A stretch of 32,000 nucleotides of DNA from Trichodesmium erythraeum IMS101 (GTDB taxonomy: Bacteria > Cyanobacteriota > Cyanobacteriia > Cyanobacteriales > Microcoleaceae). Made by a program: the position numbers and the translations under genes. Shown piece by piece: positions 19,846 to 29,634 of the stretch. Positions within the stretch are counted from its first letter, which is position 1. Every line of letters starts with the position of its first letter. The notes under the pieces are model-generated. The model saw only the letters and a list, made by a program, of their open reading frames with translations. It did no database searches and was not told where the DNA came from. Location: contig NC_008312.1 in the NCBI RefSeq assembly GCF_000014265.1, forward strand, positions 6,270,001 to 6,302,000. Reading direction: 5' to 3'.

Positions 19846-20155
19846 ATGATAAAAAAAGTGGCAATTGTTACCGGTAGTACTCGAGGTATTGGTTTTGGCA
19901 TTTCCCAACAAATTCCGGTCGATAAATATGATCTAAATTATGGGGTTTAATAGTAATGAAACATCCGCAAAAGAGGCTAAAACAGAAGCTTGGAATTATT
20001 TAACAGCAAAATGTGATGGAGTAGATAGTGAAATGATACAGCAAATCATTAAAAATACCCCTATACAACGTTGGTATTTCTCAACAGAAATATGTCAAAT
20101 TATCGCCTTTTTATGTTATCCTAAAGCTGCTTTTATTAAAGAAGAAGTTGCTTGA
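19846..20155 (+). pseudogene. Short-chain dehydrogenase/reductase (FabG-like) remnant
   Basis: ATG at 19846 gives MIKKVAIVTGSTRGIGFGIS (the SDR TGxxxGIG cofactor motif), then a stop at 19948. A +1-shifted ORF (19940-20155) carries only an SDR C-terminal-like tail (...IQRWYFSTEICQIIAFLCYPKAAFI...). The central catalytic part is missing. Confidence 0.65.
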
Positions 20156-20195
20156 CCTATTAATAGAAGATTAAATTTATAGTAAATTGAGATCT

Positions 20196-21212
20196 TTAAC
20201 TTTGTAATAACGTCCAAAAATAGCCATCAGGAGCAACAAAAGAAAAGCTTTTTTCTTCAAATTCATTAATTATTATTTCTGTAACTTCTGTGGCTTCACT
20301 ATTACTAACTTTTTGATGATATAAGTCAATATTAGTAACTTGTAGAGTATATAAAGATGTTCCTAAACAACCAGGACGAGAATATGTCTGTTTATTCTCT
20401 AAATTTCCTTCTAAACGTAAAAATTCAAAGTTACCTGACTGAATTTTATTTTTTTCTTTCAAGTCATAACCAGGAGCAATAAAATAATAGTTAAACATTC
20501 TTTCATCAGGATTCTCTTTTTTCAACTCAAGTATCTTACGAGAAGCAACACTATATCCACATTCAACATTATCAACAACTCGAACTAATCCTAAGACTTG
20601 ATCATAAAAATCTAAGGCTTTATGTTCACAATTAACAATTAATCCAGCATGAACAAACTCTGAGGCTTTAAAATGAGAATCTAGGTTAACAATACCAGAA
20701 TTAGGTCGATGATAATCATGACGTTGAAAGATAACCTGTCGGGTTAATGGTTGAATTAAAACCATTTCATGAACACAGGGGTTAGCTTGATAAAATGGCT
20801 GAAAATTTTCGGGACGATCAATTAAATTCCGTTGTGGAGAAATATAATATATTGGAAGTTTTATAGCTTGACCATCTTCAGCATGATTAGCAACATTAAA
20901 CACATCTAAAGATAGAGAAGTTCCCCAGCGACTTCCTACTACTTTTAAAGGGCTTAATTCTAATCCTTAATTAATAGGATTATCCCAAACCATTAGGCGA
21001 ACTAAACTTCTATCTGTGACTTTGTTTTGAAGACGCAAAGAATGTAAATTAGAGTCAACCCCATACAATTTTTTAGCTGTTTCTGCATGAAGGTTTCCAG
21101 ATAGATTAACTGTATAACCAAACTTCTCCCAGTAGTTAATTAAATTGCTTTCATCTTCTACTGTAATACCGATAACAATTTCGTATAATCCGCTAATAGA
21201 TGGATTACTCAT
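20196..21212 (-). pseudogene. Two-module VOC (glyoxalase/bleomycin-resistance/dioxygenase-like) protein interrupted by a single in-frame TAA
   Basis: ORFs 20967-21212 and 20196-20903 are in the same frame (both end coordinates have remainder 2 modulo 3). Translation reads through as ...VWDNPIN*GLELSPLKVVGSRWGTSLSLDVFNVANH... The family call is tentative. Confidence 0.6.
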
Positions 21213-21503
21213 AAATTAAAACTCCTCAAATAATATATATACTATAACAATCCTATTTTATTCATGTCAAAAATATTGCCACTTTTTAAGAATATGTTTG
21301 GAGGTAATGATTAATGAGTAAAACTTACAGAGTTTATTTCTATTTCTACTTTTTGAATTGTTACAGCCTCAGCCGGATTGTTATATTTAGACTTAAAAAC
21401 TAGATGATTCGGAATTTCTATTCTTTATATCTGTTCTTATCCAACTATAACCTAATATATTTTTAGGATTGCTATTTTACTATTCAAGACTAAAAAATTA
21501 ACT

Positions 21504-23252
21504 ATGTCAATTGATTTTAGAAGCCTCAATACAGTATGGTCATCTATTTTAGTAGAAACACTACATCATTTAGGATTAACCACCGCAATTATCAGTCCTG
21601 GTTATCGTTCCACACCCCTAACATTCGCCTTTGCCACCCATCCCAAAATTGAAACTATTCCCATTCTTGATGAACGTTCAGCAGCATTTTTTGCCCTAGG
21701 AATAGCAAAAAAAAATTATCAGCCAATAGTTATAGTCTGTACATCTGGTACGGCCGCAGCTAATTTTTATCCAGCCATAATAGAAGCAAAAGAAAGTCGC
21801 ATCCCACTATTAGTTCTAACTGCAGATAGACCCCCAGAATTACGAAATTGTCATGCTGGTCAAACCATAGATCAAGTCAAATTATATGGTAATTATCCTA
21901 ACTGGCAAATTGAACTAACTTTACCTTCAGTAGAACTAAAAAGATTGGAATATTTAAGACAAACAGTTATTCATGGTTGGGAAAAAACTATGTTTCCTAC
22001 ACCTGGACCTGTGCATTTTAATATTCCTTTTCGAGACCCTTTAGCGCCCATAAATCAACCAGAAGCGATCGCTTTAGAATCAAAATTTTCCCAAAACTTT
22101 TTTGCTAGTTTACGACCAATTATTAGAACAGAATTAATCCCAAATTCTGACTTAATAGAATTATTAAAAAATCAATTTAAATCTCACTCAGGAATTATAA
22201 TTGCAGGTTTAGCACAACCAGAAAAACCTGAAGTATATTGTCAGGCGATCGCTAAAATTTCCCAAACTTTAAACTTCCCTGTTTTAGCCGAAGGTTTATC
22301 ACCTCTAAGAAACTACTCCCAGTTAAATCCCTATTTAATTAGCACTTATGATTTAATTTTAAGAAATCAAAAATTAGCCAACAAACTTATTCCCAAAATA
22401 GTCTTACAAATTGGAGAACTACCAACAAGTAAACAACTAAGAACTTGGCTAGAAGCAGCTAATTCTCACAGATTAATTATTGACCAAAGTGACCATAATT
22501 TTGATCCGCTTCATGGAAAGACAACTCATTTACGAATCTCAGTAGAACAACTAGCCAAAATTTTAATTACTCAATATTTCAACAATAACCATGATATAAA
22601 TTACTTAAATTTGTGGTGTCAAGCCGAAGAAAAAGTCAGAGAAAATATTGACACAAAAATGGCAAAAATAAATCATATATTGGAACCAAAAATTTCTTGG
22701 TTAATATCTCAGACATTACCAAAAAATACATCAATATTTGTTGCTAATAGTATGCCAGTTAGAGATGTAGAGTTTTTCTGGGTTCCTAATAATTCCCAAA
22801 TTCAGCCATTTTTTAATCGAGGTGTAAATGGAATAGACGGTACTTTATCAACAGCTTTAGGTATTGCCCACCGGTATCAAAAAACTGTTATGTTAACAGG
22901 AGATTTGGCGCTTTTACATGACACCAATGGTTTTTTACTAAGAAATAAATTAGTCGGTCATTTAACTATTATTTTGATTAATAATCAGGGAGGTGGAATT
23001 TTTGAAATGCTCCCAATAGCTAACTTTGAACCACCTTTTACAGAATTTTTTGCTACTCCCCAAGAGATTGATTTTGCTGATTTATGTAAAACTTATGGTT
23101 TAGAACACCAAAAAATATCTTCCTGGAACCAATTACAACAACTTTTAAATCCTTTACCAAGTAGTGGAATAAGGATTTTAGAATTACAAACAGACCGCCA
23201 ACTTGACGCTAGATGGCGGTTAGATAATTTAGATACATTTATAGATTTATAG
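21504..23252 (+). CDS. menD: 2-succinyl-5-enolpyruvyl-6-hydroxy-3-cyclohexene-1-carboxylate (SEPHCHC) synthase
   Basis: ThDP-enzyme architecture. The N-terminal WSSILVETLHHLGL...SPGYRSTPL is typical of MenD. The ThDP-binding motif is GDLALLHDTNG...NNQGGGIF. 582 aa, with two HIP1 sites. Confidence 0.95.
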   Translation: MSIDFRSLNTVWSSILVETLHHLGLTTAIISPGYRSTPLTFAFATHPKIETIPILDERSAAFFALGIAKKNYQPIVIVCTSGTAAANFYPAIIEAKESRIPLLVLTADRPPELRNCHAGQTIDQVKLYGNYPNWQIELTLPSVELKRLEYLRQTVIHGWEKTMFPTPGPVHFNIPFRDPLAPINQPEAIALESKFSQNFFASLRPIIRTELIPNSDLIELLKNQFKSHSGIIIAGLAQPEKPEVYCQAIAKISQTLNFPVLAEGLSPLRNYSQLNPYLISTYDLILRNQKLANKLIPKIVLQIGELPTSKQLRTWLEAANSHRLIIDQSDHNFDPLHGKTTHLRISVEQLAKILITQYFNNNHDINYLNLWCQAEEKVRENIDTKMAKINHILEPKISWLISQTLPKNTSIFVANSMPVRDVEFFWVPNNSQIQPFFNRGVNGIDGTLSTALGIAHRYQKTVMLTGDLALLHDTNGFLLRNKLVGHLTIILINNQGGGIFEMLPIANFEPPFTEFFATPQEIDFADLCKTYGLEHQKISSWNQLQQLLNPLPSSGIRILELQTDRQLDARWRLDNLDTFIDL

Positions 23253-23341
23253 AATATTTTTTCTAAATTGAAAACTCAAAAAGAAGAGGTTTTAAAATTA
23301 CCAGTTACTAAATTCTTTATGAAGTAGTGAAATAAGAGTTT

Positions 23342-23560
23342 CATAATTACAAACAAACCGCCAACTTGACCCTAGATGACGGTTAGATAATTTATAGATT
23401 TACAGAATATTTTTTCCTAAGTTAAAAATTCAAAAAGAAGAATTTTTAAAATTACCAAATACCCTGAAAATCATAAATAGATTTACAGAATATTTTTTTT
23501 CTAAGTTAAAAATTCAAAAAGAAGAATTTTTAAAATTACCAACTGCCCTGAAAATCATAA
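23342..23560. repeat. Two successive decayed tandem copies of the menD 3' end and downstream flank
   Basis: Copy B (23342-23476) aligns with 23181-23341, which includes the last about 70 nt of menD; the stop TAG has become CAG. Copy C (23477-23560) repeats only the downstream part (ATAGATTTACAGAATATTTTTT..CTAAGTTAAAAATTCAAAAAGAAGAATTTTTAAAATTACC). Confidence 0.85.
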
Positions 23561-23945
23561 TTTGTATCAAATCTCTTTTGCTGATCATCCTATACTTTGA
23601 TATTTTCTGATATTTTCCCGGCGCTGCTTTACAAAACAGAGCAAGATTCATAAACCCTAAGTCCAGTTAGGTTTCTGTTGCCTATTTAAGAATAGATAAG
23701 CTTTTCATCTCATGAAGCGAAACATAGCAGCTAATCTGCCGAACTTTTTTATAGTCAAAAGCTCACTCCACAATACCTCACCAATTCGATGCTTTTTCTA
23801 GAAACTTTTATATCATTAAATATATATCTCTGCTATAGCACACTATTGTCAATATAGCAATATTAATTATTTTTTCCAATTGCAGAGTTATCGTGAACAA
23901 AAACCTAGGTCTTCAACCAAAACTGAGATCATTATAATTTTTGGT

Positions 23946-24263
23946 TTAATCTGGGAGAACCTCAATCAATAAAGGCTCTAATTGACCTTTGTTATCCAAA
24001 GCATAGATATCATCACAGCCACCAATATGTTGATTATTAATAAAAATCTGTGGCACAGTACGACTTCTATTAGCACGTTCACTCATACTATTTCTAGCAC
24101 TTTCATTGCCATCTATTTTGTATTCTGTATAGTTAACACCTTTCCACCAAAGCAAAAGTTTTGCTCTAATACAATACGGGCAAGTTTGCCAAGTATAAAT
24201 TTCAACCTTTGCTTTCATACGTTCTGGATGACGACCAAGAATAGGGTTAAGAAAATCAAGCAT
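23946..24263 (-). CDS. grxC: Glutaredoxin (CPYC dithiol type)
   Basis: Active site TCPYC, TVPQIFI, GGCDD. An alternative start at 24218 (MKAKVEIYT...) would give a typical 90-aa Grx. Confidence 0.9.
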   Translation of the reverse strand: MLDFLNPILGRHPERMKAKVEIYTWQTCPYCIRAKLLLWWKGVNYTEYKIDGNESARNSMSERANRSRTVPQIFINNQHIGGCDDIYALDNKGQLEPLLIEVLPD

Positions 24264-24634
24264 TTTTAGTAATTAATTAATAGTACTTAGACATTTTCTG
24301 GTATGAAAAATAGATCAAAGTCAGCCTAGACAAAGGAATTATTTTGAGTCACTCACAATAGTTAGAACCTGTGCTTATTCCAGATTTATATCTTGTTAAT
24401 ATCAAAGTCTTGGCCAGTCTATATTTGAACCTATTTTTTTTCTATTTTACCGAAAAATTGCTTTTAAAACCTCGACTACCCATCGGGCAACTTTCAATTA
24501 TTTAATAAGTAGGGTTTGAATACTCACCTTATCTCATAAATACTTTAGAAAAGAAGAGGTTTATCGAATATTCTCTCATATGTCTGGATTTAGTGCCCCA
24601 TATTATTGTCTGAAATTATTTATTACCTCAAAAT

Positions 24635-24895
24635 TTAGTATCGATATCTTGTAGGTTTTGCCCTCATCTTCATTTGTGTTTGCATCTTATTTTTGATGTA
24701 TAGCTGCCTAGAAATTTTAGAATAATAATGAGCCGTCAATATTACATTTATTGTAAAAACAGTTAAGACAAAAAATAGAAATAAAAAACCTACTAAAGTA
24801 GATTTATGGGATAAACTAATAATTAAAGATCCAATGGAAACAAGACCAGCTCCAGAGGCAGAAGAACTAAGAATTAGCCAGCGCAAATTAGACAT
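24635..24895 (-). CDS. Hypothetical small membrane protein (2 TM spans, basic C-terminus)
   Basis: ATG-initiated ORF with two clear hydrophobic helices. No family recognised. Confidence 0.35.
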   Translation of the reverse strand: MSNLRWLILSSSASGAGLVSIGSLIISLSHKSTLVGFLFLFFVLTVFTINVILTAHYYSKISRQLYIKNKMQTQMKMRAKPTRYRY

Positions 24896-27261
24896 AGTTA
24901 AGTTAATAAATATTTTTGATTAATTAAGACTGTTAATAATAATTATTTAATCATATAGCAATCAGTAATTATATCTGATAAACTATTTACCCCATTAGGT
25001 ATTCTAGTCTTATGAATCATTCCTGATTGGTATAAATTAGTTGAACTAGTATCTAGTTATAAAAGTTAATATATTTATAAAATACTACTAATGATTATAT
25101 TTTTCTGGCCATTAAGCAAGTAATTGAGGACTTTACAGATTCATACTAAGAGAACCCCAAGCTTTTGATTGAGAAAAAAGCGTCAAGTCAAAGATTCTTA
25201 ACTCAAAAATACTATTACTAATTTTTACAATTAGATACTAGCTATTATCTTTAAACCCATATTACTCATTTCAAAATGTAGCACTAAAAGTGTCATAAGT
25301 TAGTGATATACTTATTGTATTTACTAAACCAACGCAATTAATCACGTATTAATACTGGGATGGCATAAAAATCGCCAAAGTTTTTATGTCAAAATACGGA
25401 GGTATATCCAGAAGAAAAAGTAGAGTTTTTATGTAAAAATTATTCATTGGTTTTAAAAAGTAAAAAAAATGTCAGTAGAAATTAAAAATGCACGACTACT
25501 TGGGACTAGTAATTAGAATCATTAGTTAAATAGGGATAATTGAAAAATTAACTACTAAAAAAAACTCTTGAATTAGTTCTAGAGATAGTAGTAAAATTCA
25601 TGATTTTAAATAGTATTGAATTAGGGTCATTCTCCTCTATATTTATTCAAAAAATTATCTCAATAAAATGTATTATAAAATTTACTAGTAAAAGGAATAA
25701 AAGCAGAATATTTTAATGATAATATACTAGGTAATAGTCCTAAAAAATTATATGTGAAGTTGGTTAAAATAAAATTTTTCTTTTCATCATACTGGAAATT
25801 ATAAAAAAAAGTATCAATTACATATCGAAGCATTTGACTTAGATTAAAGCTCATTTATTTCAATTTTATTGACAATAAAATAATAATGTTCACTCTCTTT
25901 TTAATTATTTTTTCATTAAATGTAAGAGAATAAGATTTTATTTTTTAGAGACTAAATTACTCTTTCTTACCGTACCATACTTTACTAAAAAGAGCCTATA
26001 AGTTTGTTGATCATAACGATTTGATTATAAGTAATACCATTTTGAAATAATAACGCTACGAATAGTAAAGGAAATAAAAATATTTTCAAGGAAATGTTCA
26101 ATTGAGTAAAAAAGATGATTTACCTACTAAAAATGCTCCTTAATCTATTTATTATCAGTGATGAATTCTGAATTTTGAGTATTAAAAATTCTCCTAGCTA
26201 TTTGTAGCAAACATTTATCATGCTAGGTATAAAGTATGGGAATCTAATTATGTAGATATTGCAAATATATATACAGCAGTAGAACCAAGATGGTTGTTAG
26301 TTGAAAGTAAAACAATAAAATATTTGGATTAAAAAAACTATCGAAAAATAATTTCAAAAAGCTGGAAAACGGCTCAAAAAAAACTGGGATAATTAGGAGT
26401 TAATGAATAAATCTAAAAATAGTTAATGTATTATTAATGCAAGTCTATTAATTATTTTTTATTATCATTATTAATTCAAATATAAGAATAATTATAAAAA
26501 AAGTTATACTTAGATTGTCTATTTATAAATACTATTTATTAACATCATTTTATTGTTACCTAACTCCTGTTGTTTTTTCATTCCTATTTTACTAGGTTCA
26601 GTGGGTAGGATTAAGACTTAATAAATAGAATAAGTTGAAATCATTAAACAGACCGCAAAAACTGTTTTTTCTCAAAAAAAAATGCAAAAAAAGAGAAAAA
26701 ACTCTTTTCATAGGGCATAAATATTGATTACTAAAAAAGTAATTGCGATAGCATTTTTGGTATATTTTAGCTAAAAATAGAGCATAATTTATAATTAAAA
26801 ATGCTGAATATGTTTACTGTCAAAAATATTGGATCTCTTAAAACAACTTAATCTATTCAAATATACTAATCCTAAAAGTATTATTTTATCTGAGTCCTGT
26901 AGAAGCTTATTAAACAAATTAACATAACTAAATTTTTGACACATACAAGCTTAAATATAACGGAGTTTATTTAATAAATATTGCCATATTATACATTTTT
27001 TTTATTAGTTAATAAATCAAATAATTGATAAAAAACTATAGATTTAAATGCAGATACTATCCTCATTTTTGGTAATCAATTGATCTATTTTTTAGTACAT
27101 TTTTCTTTATATAATAGTTAATTGTTCCATGTCATATTATAAGTTTGATATTTTTTTTAGGGCTTAGTTATTTTTATTTTTATGTTTTTTTAGATTGGTT
27201 TTTAATCTCAACTTTGTTATTGTTTTAATAGCATAAAATTTTACCACTTGTTCTTTATGTT

Positions 27262-27443
27262 TATCTTGCATATTTTCCTACTTTAAAATTTCAATTATCT
27301 AATTCAATAATTTTTTTCTGATATTCAAAATTTATAGCGTAATCTGTTTATCTTTCATATTTTCCTACTTTCCTACTTTAAAATTTCAATTATCTAATTC
27401 AATAAATGTTGTATAAAATTCAAAAATTATAGCTTAAACTATA
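27262..27443. repeat. About 87-bp tandem repeat, 2 copies, the second carrying an 8-bp internal reduplication (TTCCTACT)
   Basis: TATCTT(G/T)CATATTTTCCTACTTTAAAATTTCAATTATCTAATTCAATAA... occurs at 27262 and 27349. Confidence 0.8.
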
Positions 27444-28180
27444 AGTTTTCTAGATTTAATCAGGAAATCCTAATCAAGTTTTTTTCACCATTTTCTCAAT
27501 TTTAAATATTTCTAAATAATACATAATTACTAAATAAAACAATCCAGAATAACAACGATAAAAAGTATAATTTATTCCTAAATAAATTTCCATCATTAAC
27601 AAGGAAAATACTACATAATTAGTAACTTAAATATTCCCCAGGCTAACAACGAAAAAAACTAAAAAAATAAAGTCTTAAGTTGAATATATATTAGCTATTT
27701 ATGCATCGATAAAATTTGAAAACAAAGTGCAGGATTATTTCATGGGCAACTAAAGTTTTAAATACAAAATAATTAACTGAGAACTAAAACACTCTCAAAA
27801 AGCGAAAGTAGGTATAATGAGGTTTTATTTTCCTTAAAGACCAAATATTTTTAACGAATAGCTTATTTAAAAAATTCCCGAAACCTATTTTTTTGGAGTC
27901 AATTATGGGCTGATATTTATTAGTTTATAATAATAGAAGAAATCCAGGAATTTTTAAATTCAGTAAATTATATAATTCCTTTGAGCAGATTTAACTCGGG
28001 AATAATCAGCTAAATTTAGTTAAGTTTATGAAAAGTGTTTTTCATATAAAATAGGAAGTTACTTAGCCTTATAGTTAAGCAAAACTTACAATAATAATTA
28101 TTCCTAAATCAAAAGCAATAAACTCGGTTAACTGTTTGGGCGTGTAAGTTATGAAATTACAATAAATATGGAGAGTCTTT

Positions 28181-28846
28181 ATGGGAATTTTTGACCACTT
28201 TTGGCGGGTAATTCGTGCTAACGTGAATAGCTTAATTTCTAATGCTGAAGATCCAGAGAAGATCCTGGAACAGACAATAAAAAATATGCAGAATGACCTA
28301 GTAAAATTACGACAGGTAGTAGCAGAAGCGATCGCTACCCAAAAACAGACAGAAAGACAATCTTACCAAGCTAAATCTACTGCCGATGAGTGGTATAGAC
28401 GAGCGCATTTGGCCTTACAAAAAGGCCAAGAAAATTTGGCAAGGGAGGCTTTGACCAGACGTAATTCATATCAAGAAACAGCTACGGTCATGAAAGTTCA
28501 GATGGAACAGCAAAAACAGGTAGTAGAAAAACTGAAGCAAAATATGAAGCAGTTGGAACACAAAGTTAGTGAAGCAAAATTAAAAAAGAATATGTATATT
28601 GCCCGGGCACGTTCTGCTAGGGCTTCGGAAAAGTTGAATAAAATGTTAGACTTAGTAAATACTGGCAATACTTTAAGTACTTTTGAGGAAATGGAAGAAA
28701 AAATAACGCAGCTTGAGTCTCAGTCTCAGATGATAGCTGAGTTAGGAATTGATAGTTTGGAGAAAAAGTTTAATACTCTTGAAGGAGATAATCATATTGA
28801 GGCTGAGTTGAAGGCGATGAAAGCTAAAATCTTGCGAAAGAGGTAG
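28181..28846 (+). CDS. pspA: PspA-type IM30/ESCRT-III-superfamily protein (lacks the Vipp1 C-terminal extension)
   Basis: The N-terminal MGIFDHFWRVIRANVNSLISNAEDPEKILEQTI and the coiled-coil body are typical of PspA/IM30. It ends at ...AELKAMKAKILRKR with no extra C-terminal helix. 221 aa, with a HIP1 site. Confidence 0.85.
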   Translation: MGIFDHFWRVIRANVNSLISNAEDPEKILEQTIKNMQNDLVKLRQVVAEAIATQKQTERQSYQAKSTADEWYRRAHLALQKGQENLAREALTRRNSYQETATVMKVQMEQQKQVVEKLKQNMKQLEHKVSEAKLKKNMYIARARSARASEKLNKMLDLVNTGNTLSTFEEMEEKITQLESQSQMIAELGIDSLEKKFNTLEGDNHIEAELKAMKAKILRKR

Positions 28847-28880
28847 AAATTATCAATTACCTCATCAATAAAAACCTTTA

Positions 28881-28908
28881 GGAACAGGGACTAGGAACTA
28901 GCTCACTT
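28881..28908. repeat. STRR-like heptamer patch (GGAACAG GGACTAG GAACTAG CTCACTT)
   Basis: 7-nt periodicity. Roughly the reverse complement of the patch at 29297-29338. Confidence 0.45.
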
Positions 28909-29296
28909 GAGTAGGTTTATTAAAATAACTAGGGATAATAGAGTAAGACAAGGCAAACGCCGGATGGCAGTTTCAAAGTATCGTAAGTTAACAATAGGTG
29001 GGAGAACGAGAGATAAAGGAATAGCACAATAGGGAAATTTACCAAAATTTATTTTATTGCTAAATTCAGTATCCGAGTGTCATTAAACTCTTACTAAATA
29101 TTTGGTTTAACTAGCTTAAATAACAATAATTAGTTAATTGACCCTCAAGAAAATTGATAAATTTAACATGTTTCCTCACTATAGGAGCCAAAATTTCTCA
29201 GTTATCCCTGTCTCTCTATCTTTCTTCCTTGACCTTTGAAAATGAAACAGATTGGCCAAAATGATAAGTAGGAAGTAGTCGAAAATTTTTTGGCTC

Positions 29297-29338
29297 ACCT
29301 GAGTCCTGACTCCTGGCTCCTAACTTCCAGCTATTCCC
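29297..29338. repeat. STRR-like heptamer patch (ACCTGAG TCCTGAC TCCTGGC TCCTAAC TTCCAGC TATTCCC)
   Basis: 7-nt periodicity read directly. Confidence 0.55.
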
Positions 29339-29634
29339 GCAACTTTCTCAGCTAAAAAAAGGCTATGAATATTAGTATTGATTCATTCTTACTAATTTAT
29401 GGTCATGAACTGATGCCTAGAATATGAATATTATTTACTATTATCTACTTGCTTTATATAAACTAACTTAAGTTTGGACAGCTTCTCACCGTTTCAGTTA
29501 AATTAGATATCATAGCTATAGGAGAAATACCCTTAATAAACATTTCAACAGCTTAGTTTAGAATAACTATATCTGTCATTAAAAACTGGGATCCAACTTA
29601 TAACAAATAGTCAATTAAAAGGAAAGATAAAATT

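Noticed and set aside
20967-20969. Programmed recoding (selenocysteine or pyrrolysine) at the in-frame stop of the VOC gene
   Set aside because: The codon is TAA, not TGA or TAG. No SECIS-like element is evident. A nonsense mutation or sequencing error is the simpler explanation.
23982-24269. 95-aa ORF antisense to the glutaredoxin gene
   Set aside because: Shadow ORF. The minus-strand frame encodes a canonical CPYC glutaredoxin.
25660-25854. 64-aa ORF in the gene desert
   Set aside because: F/N/Y/K-rich low-complexity product of about 20 percent GC DNA. No start context or motifs.
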